A stretch of DNA of 64,000 bases from Ascidiella aspersa (lineage: Eukaryota): NCBI GenBank assembly GCA_963924565.1, contig OZ004614.1:22072001-22136000 (forward strand), in the 5' to 3' direction. The notes beneath the pieces are model-generated. The model was not told the origin of the DNA, ran no database searches, and saw nothing but the letters and a program-made list of their open reading frames with translations. The translations under genes were made by a program, and so were the position numbers. Shown piece after piece: positions 25,531 through 39,219 of this stretch (position 1 is the stretch's first letter; each line of letters begins with the position of its first letter).

Positions 25531-26510
25531 CGATTCGTAAACCAGGCTCAGCGAAATAATAAGTTGGTCTGTAGAATTGAAAATAAAATTTGGCATGTTT
25601 TGTGGATCGCCACTCTGCCCATACTCGTTCTAAGGGCCTCGCTTTGCGATTTTGACCAGCACACAAATCAAGCAGCCTTTGGGCATAGAAAGCATTTAAG
25701 GGCGAAAACGAAACGTGACAAATGGCGGTATTTCGCCTTTGCAATTAATTATGCGCACCAACCGGCACCACCGTCTATATAGGCAAATTCAAAGTCGCGT
25801 AACGCTTCGTGATTGTCGTTTTGCATCGTAAATTCAAGCCGAAAATCGCGCCAACCAATCTGGGGTTAGAAGTGCGCTTGTCTGACGGTTATTGGTTTCT
25901 ATCAAAATGCAACGTGTTTTGCAAAAAAAAAAAAGAAACAAACGTGGCCAACCAATTCATCTCCGTCAGTTTTTCAAATTTAGCAGCCCCAATTTATGAC
26001 CTACAGCTAATAAATCTCGAAATTAAGAAAATGGCAGCAGCAAAAGTAAAATAAAAACAAGGACGAAAGTGGAACCCACAAAATTAACGCTGTTTTTTGT
26101 CAAGGTTCCATCGTTTTTTTTTACAAAGATTCAACGGATTCAAAAAATCTCGCAAATTAGTGTTATCAGTTCGGCGAGCAAATTGGCAAACGCGTTGTTT
26201 TTGACTTGACACAATCTCGACGTTCGTTCCGCGAAAGACCACAAAGAGAGGGGAGAGAATTCCGGACAAAAGAACACGCGGCGTTAGAGCTAATGTACTG
26301 TATAGAACACCATAAACATGTTATTGTTAGCGTGGCCCATTTGAGACGTGCCTGACGGGCAGACTTTGACAACTGGAATTATTTCGTTTTTTTGTGCAAT
26401 TCCTCCTCTGAATTATGTTTCAGAAGAAACTTGCTCTTTATACTAAAAGTTTAGCTTAATAAAATCTCAACGAACCGTTGAACAAAGCTCAGAAAGTGGA
26501 CTCCTCGTTC

Positions 26511-26948
26511 CAGCGTTGTAATCGCTTAAGTCACATCACTTGATTTAAGTGCACCTAAGTCACCGCTTTCCAACGACATGACTTGACACTTGACTTAGGC
26601 CTATGTAGTTTTATTTTTATATTTCTTACTTTCAAATTGAGCTATTGTTTTGAGTTTTGCACGGAAAACGATTAAATTGCTACACTTAGTTTTTTGTTAT
26701 TTTTTAGTTGAATTATTGGTCCTGATCAGACTAGGTTATCCATTTTAATCGTTTATTGTTTAATTTTATAACAGTGATTAAACTTAAAGTTAATTTACTC
26801 TAATAACGACTTGACTTGGGCAACTGATGACTTGGACTGGGACTTGACCTGTTTTTTGTTGAAAAGACTTGACTTGGACTAAAGTTATTTTACAAATGAC
26901 TTGACTGGGACTTTATAGTCAGTACAAAATAACTTGTTTACAACACCG
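26511..26948. mobile_element. GACTT-repeat MITE (hAT-like), full length
   Basis: Termini CAGCGTTGTAA / TTACAACACCG. Subterminal GACTTGACTT arrays around an AT-rich core; homologous to several other copies in the window. Confidence 0.8.
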
Positions 26949-28169
26949 TCTTCTTCACATTAAAAAAATCGGTAAACTCGAGAAACTTTCAATCGATATT
27001 GATTTAGGCCCAGGTTAATTACCCTTAGGAGCAGCAGGTGCGTGGCACGAACAGTCCGACGTGTTCTCTTGGTTCACTTGGTTCTCTGTGGCGACCGCAA
27101 TCGGCTGGCATGCATGGGACGTAGCTGAGAGAGGCTGTCTTATGGGCGCTACAAGGCGTGTAGGTAAATAAACAGCAGTGATTTTCTCAACAGCCAAACG
27201 GGAATGCGAATCACGGCGCTTCTGCGCTAATTGTGACGCAAGTTCGCTCCGAGCTAACCAGACCTGGTGCGGCGGTGCATACCGGAGACTGATAGCCCTC
27301 GAAATCGTAGATTGGCTGCATTATGCGTTAACCGCGAACGACGCTATACAGCGCGAAAGATCAGCTTTCTGACTTTTACGACCCCTGGTTCACAACGACG
27401 AAAGTTAAAAGCGCTCTTTGGAAGCAACACTGAAATCTATGCTGCGGATGGAACACTAAAAACACTCATAAAACCTATTTTTAGCCTTTGCTGGATAATT
27501 GCACGGCCAGAAAGTCAATAACAGCCAGGATAGTTTTGCTCTGCATAAGCTTTTGAATTTAATTCTAACAGTCCAAGTTTATGCTTGTCTGCATACTTTA
27601 ATGTATTTCATACTTTGAACAGTGTAACGCAATTAAGGCGAAGCGTAATTTTGCAAGCTTTTTTTGAGTTTGATAGAAAAGCATTGCTTACCATGACAAG
27701 TTACGTTTTTGCAGCTTTAGCTAGTCATAGCTGCTGCTCCATCCAATGCAATGACACCCACACCCGGTTTATTCTTTTGCCCTTTATGAAGTTCGTAAAC
27801 GCCCAGTGAAAAGAAAACAAGGCACACTTAAAAAAAGATGTCGGACTTTACAATTTTTTAGCAGCGGCTAGTGTGGCTTAACTGCTGTTTTAAACATTGT
27901 AAAACCGAACTTTTGCAAAACGCCAGGAGACCAGTATTAGGGCAAATTAAAGCACTTTGCTGAACAATAATCAGGAGCGACTCTGGCAGGCGTCGTTTTG
28001 CGGTAATTCCATACTTTTAAACAAAAAATGAGAGAAGCGTGACAACTATGAGACTTTTAATCGGCTTTACAGCAAACGCGGTAATCCAAGTCGCAGTGTC
28101 CAAGAGGGGCGATGTTAAATTAACTTATCTAACCGGTTGTTAGTTCCGGCCGCGTACAGTATTATAAAC

Positions 28170-28514
28170 CAGCGGTTTCCAAACTGGGGTCCGTGCAGCA
28201 GTTTCAGAGGGTCCGCAAAAAGAATTGAATTAGTCTACAAATATTAGGCTTGACGAATGTTTTTAACCATTAGTCTATGCTTTAAATTTTGTCTGTCATC
28301 ATTCTTAGTCTTTAGTTATTCTTTATTATTATGCTGTACAAGCTGCTATCAAAGTTGTTACATTGGAAAGAATCGTGACTGCACTAGTGTACTCTACAAG
28401 ATACATGGGTCAGCTGACCCTTGAATTTTTATATGGATAGCAAAATATCAAAACAGTTGCAACAGGTCCACCAGGCTTTGGAAAAGTATTTTGAAAAAAC
28501 TTTGCGAACCGCTG
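28170..28514. mobile_element. hAT (Buster-type) MITE
   Basis: CAGCGGTTTCCAAA / TTTGCGAACCGCTG (12/14). Flanks TTATAAAC and GTTTAAAC (6/8). 5' end resembles the element at 63505. Confidence 0.75.
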
Positions 28515-29988
28515 GTTTAAACCGACCCACCCGTATTCCAAAGGGCTTGCCAACTCGTCGCTCAACGACAGCGCTCGCGAGGCTTGGCAATGAGCCAGGG
28601 AAGGCGAAACCAAATGCGCGCGCTGCTCAGGTTCGAGGGAACACGTCTGGTCCGGCTTCCACGGAAGGATCGCGGTCCATTTATCACTTTCCCGACCCGC
28701 CTGATGCCGATACTGATAAGGGACGAGTGCAGAATCGGCAGCAGGGGTATAGAGGTCCTTTTGACGGGCGGCGGAGTGCTTAAGTTCGTTGGTTCGCATT
28801 TACCGACGCTTATAGTCTAGACGCCGCGTTCGACAGCCGAAGGGTCAAGGGTTAAAAGCGAGACCCATTAAAGGACGATCTGCGCGTTTACTTGGACGCC
28901 TTGCCTTGTCAGGTCGGTATGCGGCCCGGCGCTGTCAACAGGATATCATTCTACCTGTAGGTTTTACTTAGATGGGCGGAGTCATGTCCAGGTTTTACTA
29001 CCCAGGACAGATCTAAACTAGCTGGTAGAAGCCTCGCAAACCTTTTCGTGCATATAGTTTGATGCAGACTGCAAAATAGAGAACCTTGTGCTTCAAGCTC
29101 AAACGCACTTCAACCAGGTCGAACGGCGCCGACGAGGGTCCCTGGCCTGCAGAACTGATCGGAAATCGATCATACCTGTTTTGCCAAGCCATTGACAGGC
29201 TTTCACTTGAAGCCGCAATTGTGGGACGCCCTTGAGAAGTGGCTGCACACACAAACTCGCGATCGCTGCCGGCCAAGTTCGACCCACTTAAGTTAAGGGT
29301 ATTTTCTAAACTGCCTTGTTAGAAGTAAACCAAATTTAATCCAGCTAAGAACAACCAGCAACCTGCAATCAAAAAAAGGTAAGGCGCTCTTATGCAGCCC
29401 GAGCATTGTCAAATTGCCTTCAAAAACTAGTCATTCCTGTCAAAATAATTTCTACCTACGCTTGCGCTGCAAATCGCGGTTTGTTAGAGCGCCAAAGGGG
29501 CCAGGTTATACCACATTCCTCTGGCAATATGCCCTTGTTCGCCGAAATCGCCATCACGCAGGTTGTCGTTTAACTAACGCCACTTCCACAATCAATATTG
29601 CACCACAAAGCCTGTCAAGCAGCAAATCTCCAATTAAAAAGCCGCCAGCAACAGCAGCGGTTTGGTAAATCCCAAAGCGCTGGCACGCTAAAGCTGGGGC
29701 GCCGCAACATCGTTTCCGGCAGGTATCTTGAAACTGATTGACAGCGCTTGTCAGAGAGCTGCCTACACACGCGCGGGCCGCTACTTCCACTACTACTGCT
29801 GCTTGCTTGCCGGTTTTGGCCGCTGTACTCTCGGCCTATGCAAAAAAACGTGCCAAGCCACATTAATCAAGCGGTTTTTTGAACACTCGCCACGTTTTAA
29901 CGGCTGACTTAAACAACACCTGGTTCGCACTTGCTTTAAACCGACTCTGACGTTGAGTTATTGTCAACAAACTAAATGAAAATTAGAA

Positions 29989-30151
29989 TTTGGAGCATAA
30001 TATTTAGTTGTAGTAAGACGTAATAAGAATATTAAACCCATACAGAGCTATGGTATAATTTTGAACGTTTTGGATAACTCTTTATTCATTTTCAACATAG
30101 AATCAAGAGTTATTTGAAACGTGCAAAATAATACCTACTTCTGTATGGGCT
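29989..30151. mobile_element. foldback Penelope-like mini-element, family E (copy 1)
   Basis: Long arm 29989-30098 with an inverted partial arm at 30100-30151; homologous to 43209-43393. Possible degenerate TSD AAATTAGAAT/AAATTCGACT. Confidence 0.8.
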
Positions 30152-31489
30152 AAATTCGACTGTTGCTTTGCAAACGGCCCTTGTTGTTTCTGCAATTGAA
30201 AGCGGCGGACGAGCGTTGCTTGATGATGAATGTGGTGAGTCGTGAGGCAAGGCACGAACTGGGCAACGCACAATTGCGGGACGCAACCGAGCCTATGTAT
30301 CCGATATGAATACAATGGTGCGTACAAGGGGTCGCATTGAGCAAAACTTGCAGTGAACCGCGTGCGACCACGTTTTTGTTCAACACTTTGTTTTGTTCGA
30401 GCGCCACCGCGGAAAGAGAAACCGAGAAATAAATCACAACTTTTTGAACCGCCTTAAATGGTGGGCTGGTTATGCGCGTTGGTTTCTTTATGTGAAGACA
30501 TTTCCTTATACAAGTTTCGTAAAATAAGGGTCGTCTATTTAAATATGCCTCAAACCTCACGGTTTTCATAACATCCAGCTTGAAAATACACCCATATAGA
30601 ACCTTATAAAAGAAAAAAAAGAAAACAAAAACCAATAAAAATGCCAGAATTTTTTGAGACCGTCTTCCCAGATTTGTAAAAAGGCGCTAAATCTTACCAA
30701 AAAAATGTCGAACCGACGGATTGGGTAAAATTTGAGCTTTGCGTATTGAAGCTGCAATCGTTCTTTGCATCCAAACGAATTTCCAAGGCTAAATTTACTT
30801 GACAGAAAACCGTTGGCTATAATCGTCATGGCATTTAATCTGAAACTTAAAATCAGCGACGTTCATATTTGGGAAACAGTGCTGTACAGTGTACACGTAT
30901 CTGGTACGCTCGATTTCCGTTATTGAATAATTAACGGCCTATAGTGATGGTTTAAAGTAAAGATAAACGTTTCGGATTGATATGGCATAGTTTAGGTAGA
31001 TGGTTAAACTGGTTACTGGTACGGCGCCTAATTTTAAATACCAAATACGCTAATACTAGACGCGTGCATCACATTTCAAAAGGAACGATTACGTAATACA
31101 CTTTGTCGGGCAAGCGTGGCAACAGAAGATTACCCAGTTACATTTCACAGCAACAGCAACACAAGCGTGTATAGCAACACTTTTCGTACTAGTTCAACCG
31201 AAAACTCTATAGTCCGATGTCAATCACGTGGTTTTGGAGCGGAGTTACGTAAGAGAAGCGAGTAGACCATCCAATGGTACTCGCGCTCTTGTACGTGGAT
31301 TTAATTTCCAAGGGTGTCACAATGACTTTGTTACGTCTTCAAATTCAATCGTGATAGTAAACGTTTTCAGGTATTATTATCCCATGACAAATGCATTCTA
31401 AATCAATTTGCTAGAAAAGTGCACGACTCGATTAAGATTTTCCGATGCTACATTTGAAAAAAAAATAAAAATACGTACATTCCAATCGC

Positions 31490-31790
31490 TGTGTACGTAG
31501 CAAGTTTAGACATCCCAAGAAAAAGATTTTTTTGGAGAATCACCAAATGGGATTATAAGATACGTAACGACTTCAAATTATTTCCTTGTGATATTAATCA
31601 CGAGCCAAACTGTTAAGTACAACACACCGATCTGTTTTGGTGTAGGTAATTTTAACATCAATTTAAATATAGAAATACTTGTTTTGAATAAGCTTTTATG
31701 TAATAATTTTGATACTTTAACAAGCTAAATCTTCTTACTTTGTCTGAACGTTCTACTCAATCGACGAAAAACCTTGTCAGCACCACCTTT
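31490..31790 (+). pseudogene. decayed non-LTR retrotransposon (CR1/L2-like) AP-endonuclease remnant
   Basis: TTTAGACATCCC (FRHP ~ YRHP) at 31505 and GGTAATTTTAACATCAATTTA (GNFNINL ~ GDFNINL) at 31645. Correct order, but frameshifted. Confidence 0.4.
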
Positions 31791-32808
31791 TCGCAAATAC
31801 GCAAAGATACAAGGAATTTCTCGCTTTTCTACGCCACACGTGATACAATTAGCAAATATACTCCGAAGTTAGCAATAGCTGCCTGTCTGTTGCGTACGGC
31901 ACTAAATAGAACACCTTTTCTCCGCCTGCCTTTCACGTTACGGAAAGGCGCGCAAAAACGCTTCCAACGCACACGTTGCGACGTTTCTGGTACAAAAGTG
32001 CGAGCAATCATACCGAAAAGGGCAAATGATTCATTGCGTTTCGCGGAAAACGAGCGACTTAACGGGGATTTTATTTCCGATGCATGACCGCTCGACTGCT
32101 ATATAGAGACGCGGTGGCGAAAAAGCGTGATTTATTTAGTCGTTTGACGTTTCTAACGCTATATTGGTGTGGATTCTGACAAAACGACAAATTTGTTGGG
32201 AGATTTTATTGGATTCTGGCAAATCACAAAGTCAGTTAATTGGCAGAGTTTTAAATGAGAAAGGACTTAAGGAGACTTTCCAACAATCCAGAAACATTTT
32301 AAAGGGTGATGTCTTTTTGACACAAACCATGTACTCAGACAAAGGCTATTCGGCCTCTATGACCGCAATATATTTACTCTTTGTCTGCATTTCGAACCCT
32401 TACAGACAAAAGTGAGCTAATGTCAACTACCGTAAAGTTTACGGTTTAATGTTTGGATCAAACGGCGATTAAAAGTCAGAGGCGCTTTGTTAAGCGGGCG
32501 AAATAAATTCGCCCCATAAGGACCGACAATGGCGGTTTGTCATCTCGGACAAACAGTCGTTATCCAAAAAGCTATCAATCTATTTTCGGCAGGCAGGTTT
32601 CGTTTAACACACCCATCAGACACCAACTGGAAAACAAAGAATTGGCAGACGATTCAACAGTACCTTTGAAATCACAGTTGCGCCGAAGGTAAACAAGAAA
32701 AGCGATGTTTGGTCTACAGCTGATGCTGGGGAATTTGTTATTGCTGTCGGCACTATTTTGGACCTAACGAATCGAGCGAGCAATATTGACGCTTTGTAAT
32801 AAAATTGT

Positions 32809-33302
32809 CGGTGTTGTAATGAATTACGCTAGTGACTTGAATACACTTAAGTCACGGTTTTCAAATGACTTGACTTGAGTTAAGTATTTTCACCAAAATG
32901 ACCTGACTTGATTCAAGTCTTGAACTGAAGCCATTATGTCAAATAACTGAGGTTAAACTTGAGTGTTTTTATTAAACATTATTTAATAAAATAGTTATTT
33001 ATGTCAATTTGCACACATAAAACATTTTTCTTGCTGTATAATGCGTTTTTTGTTATTTTAGGTGTGTTATTGGTCATATAATCGTAGGACGATTTTACCA
33101 ATTTTAATCGTTTTATGTTTTATTTTTATGTCAATAGCTTGACTTGAAGTTGAAGTGCGCTCAAAATGACTTGACTTGGGCAATTGATGACTCGGGCTGG
33201 GATTTGAGTTATTTTGGAAACGAATTTAATTGGACATAAGTTATTTTTCAAATGACTTTGCTGAGACTTGAGTCATTTCAAAATGTCTTGTTCAGAACAC
33301 TG
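32809..33302. mobile_element. GACTT-repeat MITE, full length
   Basis: CGGTGTTGTAA ... TTCAGAACACTG, with AATTGT on both flanks. Colinear with 26511-26948. Confidence 0.8.
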
Positions 33303-34029
33303 GAATTGTTACTTTCATTGGACACGGTCTAAGGTTGCGACGAAAGTTTGAAACAAAATTTTCATGGCTTTACAAGATGCCGAAACTACAAGTCACGTCA
33401 TGTTTGAACACCGACTTTGTGTTTCTATTAATGCTGAGTCATGCATACTGGCTACAAAGCAGCAGCAGAAGCAGCAGAAGCAGCGAATTTACTGTACGTA
33501 TAGTAAGCGGTCATGGCCGAACTTAAAGCAGCTGTTAGCCAGGGCTTCGGTAACGTAAGCTAATTGATGCCAGCTTGAAAACCGGGGCAAACCGTAAAGC
33601 GAGTTCCACGCCACGCGTTTAGCCACTCAACAGATAACAAGTCGTCTTTCGACAGCAGCGGGAATTTACCGCGGCACAAATCCGTCTTTTACCTTGATTA
33701 CGACACATCAGGAACAATTCCACGACGATGCTATACATTATTTATCCACCCGTCTTTGTACATCTTTCTGTTGTGATGAGCAATCAACGGCAGAACAGAC
33801 GGAACGCACAAACACCAGTCATAAAATGGACTACACAAAAAACAACCCCAACACGGGTCTGTCAAGCAGCCGGCTACGATAATACTTTGAGACCTTTCAA
33901 TCCACACTATAACATGTCATCTAGAAACCGAAATCTGTTTTATGTCGTGCACTCGCCTACACCACATTGCAAACTGTTCTTCAATCACGAGCCTGCGTGA
34001 ATAATTTATTGCGCCATTCTCGCCGAGGC

Positions 34030-34110
34030 CCCGCTCGGTTATTTATACTACGGGGGGGGGGCAAGCGTCATTGTGACGTCACTGCGTCGCGCGACGTGGA
34101 AAATTTCGAG
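34030..34110 (-). promoter_or_regulatory. candidate TATA + CRE core promoter facing ZMIZ1
   Basis: In minus-strand order: TGACGTCA (34074-34081), C-tract (34052-34061), TATAAATA (34047-34040), in CpG-rich unique DNA. Confidence 0.35.
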
Positions 34111-35039
34111 CACGACCGACGCCGCGCCTCTTGGCTTTTTAGGAGTTTTTCTTGAAACTTTGCATACTTGTAAAACGTGCGCGCTGACTTACGCTGTTAA
34201 TGTCACGCTATATGTATATGGTGCATCTATGTAGACATTTAATTTAGAGCAAGGAGAGAAAATAGCGCACAGTTAATATAATTAGCGACTTGCACAGCCG
34301 TATACGTTACCCTATACGTTAGTTTTCCGGCTTGATATTTCTATGATGCACATATAAATATATAAAATTGTTGTGAATTAAGGGCTATGTATCAATCCGG
34401 AAATCTGATTGTTTTGTAACCTATATTATAAACCCTCAAAAACAGTTGAAACAGTTGTTCTGTTAAAATTCGTTACCAACAATGGATGAAAACTCAACAA
34501 ATGTGCTTCGTTGTTAAAATCGCCAGCTGGAAAGCTAACAGGCAAGCAATAAAACCGGTGCGGAAATACCCGCATCCAATTCATAAAGGAAAACTGCTCA
34601 AAACCGCAGACTGATGCGAAACAAATCCCAAATAAACAAAGCGCGCGCTCTGAACGGGACAAAGGCCACCGCTACAGTTCCTTCGCTCTTCTGTCCGCAG
34701 AAGATCACAATGTACTTGCATCCGGGATAGAGCTACTTCGGCCGCTTTTTCCGACAGACAGCGTTGAGCTACTGTGGAGCCGCTCAAATCCGCACTCTCG
34801 GCTGCGGTTGCATTCCCATCCCTGTTAATTCTACCTATATAAGTACGTTAAAACATAGCGTTGACTTCGAAACCTAGCGCTATTCTAGAGCCTTTTTTGA
34901 TTGCGTTACGAATGTCGGTGTTTTTTTTCTGCTCCCTGTTATTTCGGCTAGCCGAGTGATTCGCAACCCGAGGCCTACCATGTGGTTTTCGGCGACCCCG
35001 CGCAACCTATTTGCAACTTTTGGCAGCGTACAGTTTGTA

Positions 35040-35330
35040 TAATTGATGATTAGAATCCTGACCATATACTGTATTTTTTTAAATTTGTCTGTTTTAAAAA
35101 CTGATAGGGTCCGCCATAATTTAAAAGCAAAACGGCTCTAAAGGTTAAACAAGTTTGAGTACCATTGCACAAGGACCTATTTGGCAAAAAAAAAGTTATA
35201 CTTGAAATTTGTAAACCATATAAATAATCCATTAGATAAAAAAAACCATGCCCAAGCTGTAGAAAAACGCGCAACCTGATATTAAGCCATGAATCTGTGA
35301 AACGAATGCACCAATTTATCCAACGAAAAT
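35040..35330 (-). pseudogene. decayed non-LTR retrotransposon reverse-transcriptase remnant
   Basis: Frameshifted minus-strand fragments in RT order: FTDSWLNN, FLQL (~FLDL), WFTNF..LPNRS (~WFxSYLSNRS), LEPFCF..MAD (~LGPLLFLLYINDL). Confidence 0.4.
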
Positions 35331-36116
35331 AGACTTCTCCTTATATACCTGTCTAACGCTACCCAAAACTTTATGTCACTCACGTAGTGGTAAATAGATA
35401 GACTTAAACTGTATACTGTTGTACAACCTTGTAAGCAATATTATTCACCTCAAGAATCCGACTGTTAATAGTACTAAATCTTATCTTATTCCTTAGTCAT
35501 ATCAGCGCTACACTTTTAACATCAAAAAAAATCAGCCCAACAGTAAATAATTTTAACCAATCATGAAATGGTTAAAACGTAACAGTAAATATATACCCGT
35601 GCCTTCAAAAATATGTTGTTACATACAGTTAATTCGTATATAAACGTCACATTATTCGGCGTATTTCCAGAAAAGTGCGTCATCGGTCTATGCTTATCGA
35701 TTAGAAATGCGAAACACTCTGCTATGCGCATATATCGCGTCGCCTCTTTCAACTCTCTTTTGCTTGCAAATAGCAGCTGGCGTGACGCAATTCAACAAGA
35801 CATAGTAATAAACCAACAGGAAACATATTCTGAGAAAGTCAGCTACAACATAAGTAACGACGTCTTTGCGTCGGCACCCTACAGCCGTTCTTTAAAGTTG
35901 CTTGGTCATTTTCGACTTGAGAAGCCTCGCAGAACGGACTCTCCGAATTCGCATCCCTGGGAATTCTGTTCGATCGAAACTGCGACTAAAAGACGGAGTT
36001 AGCAAAAAGGTCGGACGGGAGCAAACGCAATACAGCTTTCCGACGCGAAAGCGAAGACTGGATGCGCACCCGAATAACCCCGGCTTCGCAGTACGGCGTA
36101 TAAGTCTCGTATGTGC

Positions 36117-36120
<4 letters not shown>

Positions 36121-36160
<40 letters not shown>
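36121..36160. repeat. (AC)20 microsatellite
   Basis: Perfect dinucleotide run. Confidence 0.98.
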
Positions 36161-36163
<3 letters not shown>

Positions 36164-36217
36164 TAGCGCGCGTCGGTTAGGCACCAATTCCATCCTCTGT
36201 TAGCAAGGGGTCTAGAA

Positions 36218-36514
36218 CAGTGGTTCTTAATTTTTGGTAACCTGTCGAACCCCTAAGTTATTCTGCAAGCGTTCGTCGAACCCCAAATTTTCGCTCAGTA
36301 TTCGTTTCTTCCTCCTATAGCAGCTGAAACTGGGCATAATCAAATTATCAACTTGACTTTATATAGGTTAAATTGGCCAAACTTTCAAATTATAACGTCA
36401 TATGACACCTTGGCACATAAAAGAGATTCGAATTTAGCTTAAAATAACAACATTTATGTTTTAGAGAACGTCCTCGCCGAATCCCTAAAACAGAACCCTG
36501 GTTAAGAAGCACTG
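36218..36514. mobile_element. hAT (Buster-type) MITE
   Basis: CAGTGGTTCTTAA / TTAAGAAGCACTG. TSD GTCTAGAA (36210-36217) / GGCTAGAA (36515-36522), 7/8. Confidence 0.88.
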
Positions 36515-36928
36515 GGCTAGAAGAATAGTGACTTCCCGGCACACATATATAGCCAATCCAGAAGAGTAATAAACGACCGGTGCATCCTTTTTAATGAGAC
36601 TGCGACAAGAGGTTAAGTGAGACGTATCTTGTTCCATGACCAAAAAAAGCTCGGCTAAAGGCTGTGATAACCTTTAAATCGCGCACATTTTCTTCTTCCA
36701 TTTCGATAAACAAAAATCAATTATATTGGTGGAAAACCTAAGGCAATTATCTCCAAATTAAATTACCCTACTCTCCCGTTTAAATTACAAATAAGGTTAG
36801 AAAAGTTTGTTTAAGTTCAATAATTGTTCTGCCGTTTTGCCTGTCAAGGTGAAAATAGCCTAAGTTGTAATCTTGTAGGAAAAAATATTTTTCGTTGAAA
36901 GAATACTTTACGAAAAGTTAGAAAAAGC

Positions 36929-36997
36929 TAGGCGGGTTGGTAAGACCATAGGCGGGTTGGTAAGACCATCGGAAAGCTAGGCGGGTTGGTAAGACCA
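36929..36997. repeat. three exact copies of the 20-mer TAGGCGGGTTGGTAAGACCA
   Basis: Copies at 36929, 36949 and 36978. Confidence 0.95.
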
Positions 36998-37761
36998 TAT
37001 GTTTTTACTCATTTATAAGTTTTAAGAACTCAAGATTTTAAAGCAAATAATTGAGCTTTCAAAACCATTAAAAACGTAATTGAGCTTTCAAAATCGTCAA
37101 AACTTGCTATGCAAATCAAACAAAAAGTGCACGCAAAGTTCCGAATTGCACATTTTTTCTCGGCCCAGCTTTGGATACACCTTGAAAAGAGCCGGATGTT
37201 TGTGTTCAATTTCTCACAATAGCGTGGAATGAAAGCGGTGTATCTTAAAATGCGCGTCAATGGCCAAATAGTAAAATCAATACGGAGCTATGTTTTTGAC
37301 CGCGAAACGCGTCCAATGTGACCCGAAGACACACGATTCCTGTTGGTGGGGCTTGTGTAGGTTGGGGGGGTCTAATATTTAACCTCCGTCATATTTACCC
37401 TTCGATCGTTACAGCTTAGGACATTAAAACATCACGCCGGTTTGAAATTCAGCAGTTAAAATGGAAGGTTAGACAAACACCGGGAAAACACAAATGCTTA
37501 AAAGCCTCCGTAAATATCATTTTCAATTTGTTGCAGCGATTGGCCTCTTAACGCATAAATACATACAGCCATGCCCGGAAGGATGACCTTTATATACGAC
37601 TTATATAGGTTCGTAAACAACAAGTGCTTTTAATAATGACGACCGTTTGTGTAATTTTGAGAGATCTAGCCACGGCTGGCAAAAACGGGAATTTTCACGT
37701 TTTGAGATCACTGGTTCCACAATTTTTTGCTTAACAAGTGTCATTGAATAGAAAGAAATCG

Positions 37762-37985
37762 AGCTGACCTCATCAGAGTAAACAATTCAAACGAGAATAA
37801 GTTACCTAACTTATATACAGAAAAAAGTATATATTAAAAAAAATATAAAATTAAAGTTGCTGCAGCGTATACCAGCTGGCTCCAGTAAACAATTAAAACG
37901 AGAATAAGTAAGCCGACTTATATTCTGAAAAAAAGTATAAAATAAAAAAAAATAAATTGGCAACGATGCCTCGTATACCGGTCAC
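37762..37985. repeat. diverged tandem duplication, ~107-bp period
   Basis: AGTAAACAATT(C/A)AAACGAGAATAAGT at 37777 and 37884, with continuing similarity. Confidence 0.85.
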
Positions 37986-38478
37986 CTGCATTTAGTTAAA
38001 TCATATAAATACCCAAAACAATTCTTAATAAAGGGGGAGGATCCTTCGGAAGCTGCCCATAAGCCCAATCTAATCCACGTGCCTTTTTACGTAGTGGCGG
38101 TCGTCGTTATTTTGTTGAAATCGCATTTACTGACGATTGTGTAACAGCGATTGACGCAAACGCGTATAAGCACGTACAAAGCCTTGTAAGTACACAGCGC
38201 TGGCAAAAGCGTCACCGGATCTGATTGCGCTATGAACATAAAAAACATCGAACCCGAAAAAAGTAAAACACATTGCCGTCTTGGACTTCAAATTACGGCA
38301 ATAAACGAAACGTATTTGTAATCTATAAATGTAAAAAAATGCACTTCCGCCTATTTACATGCCCTACTCGCTTTCAGTTATCAAGTTAACTAGAGTTAGT
38401 CGATTCAATGTACAACGCCACAAAATTAAAAAAAAAACAATATCGTTTGGGTGCGCAATTAAATCATAGTAGCTATAC

Positions 38479-38623
38479 GTAATAAGAATATCAAAGCCCA
38501 TACAGAAGTAGGTATCATTTTGAACGTTTCGAATAACTCTTTATTCATTTTCAACATCTTCTTCTGTATGGGCTTTGATATTCTTGTTACGTCTTACTAC
38601 AACCTCCAACCATTATGCTCCAT
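38479..38623. mobile_element. foldback Penelope-like mini-element, family E (copy 2)
   Basis: Inverted arms. Hammerhead-like core on the minus strand (38523-38554). 13-bp TSD ATAGTAGCTATAC (38466-38478) / ATAGTGGCTATAC (38624-38636). Confidence 0.85.
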
Positions 38624-38998
38624 ATAGTGGCTATACTTTAATTAAATTTGAGCCGGATTATTATAAGCAATAGGCTCCCCGTCTGTCGGGAAAAACAAAA
38701 CTGTTTAACTTGAACACTATTAATTGGTCGGTGTTAATCACATCAAAGCTTTGTAGAGACTGTTAGACTGTATTTTTACGCTTATTCTCCTGTCTTCTCC
38801 AGGCGCTCGCTCTTTATATACAGTTGCAACCACTGGCCGTTTTCTACCACAGTTTAACAGCGAAAAACTTTGAACCTGTAGGTAAACGGAACTGAGTCTT
38901 TGAAGCAAACTGGCAACATGTGCGAAATCCACAACTTAGCGTTCGACACAGATTGTTAAACCTCGAATATGTCTGTCTATCTCCAAAACACCTTCAGG

Positions 38999-39219
38999 CA
39001 GTAATGTAAACAAATCATTATTTTTTCCCAGTCAAGTCATTAGTAAAATAATTTAAGCATAAATCAAATCGAAAACACTTCATTTCAACCCAAGTCAATT
39101 GACCAAAAGAATCGAGTCAAGTCAAGCCATTTGTCCAAATGAAGTCAATTGGATCCATTTAAAAACGGTGACTTAAGTGCACTCAAGTTGTGTCATTGAC
39201 TTAAGTCCTTACCACACTG
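38999..39219. mobile_element. GACTT-repeat MITE, internally deleted, reverse orientation
   Basis: CAGTAATGTAA ... TTACCACACTG. Flanks CCTTCAGG / CTTTAAGG (6/8). Confidence 0.75.

Noticed and set aside
28421-28783. 120-aa ORF with plausible composition
   Set aside because: It starts inside a MITE, has no domain similarity, and has no splice or codon-bias support.
34260-34560. AGDFN and VSTVFEGL peptides hinting at a LINE remnant
   Set aside because: The motifs are too close together and too degenerate to call by eye.
36929-36997. Short repeats as a CRISPR array
   Set aside because: Eukaryotic context, spacers of 0 and 9 nt, no cas genes.
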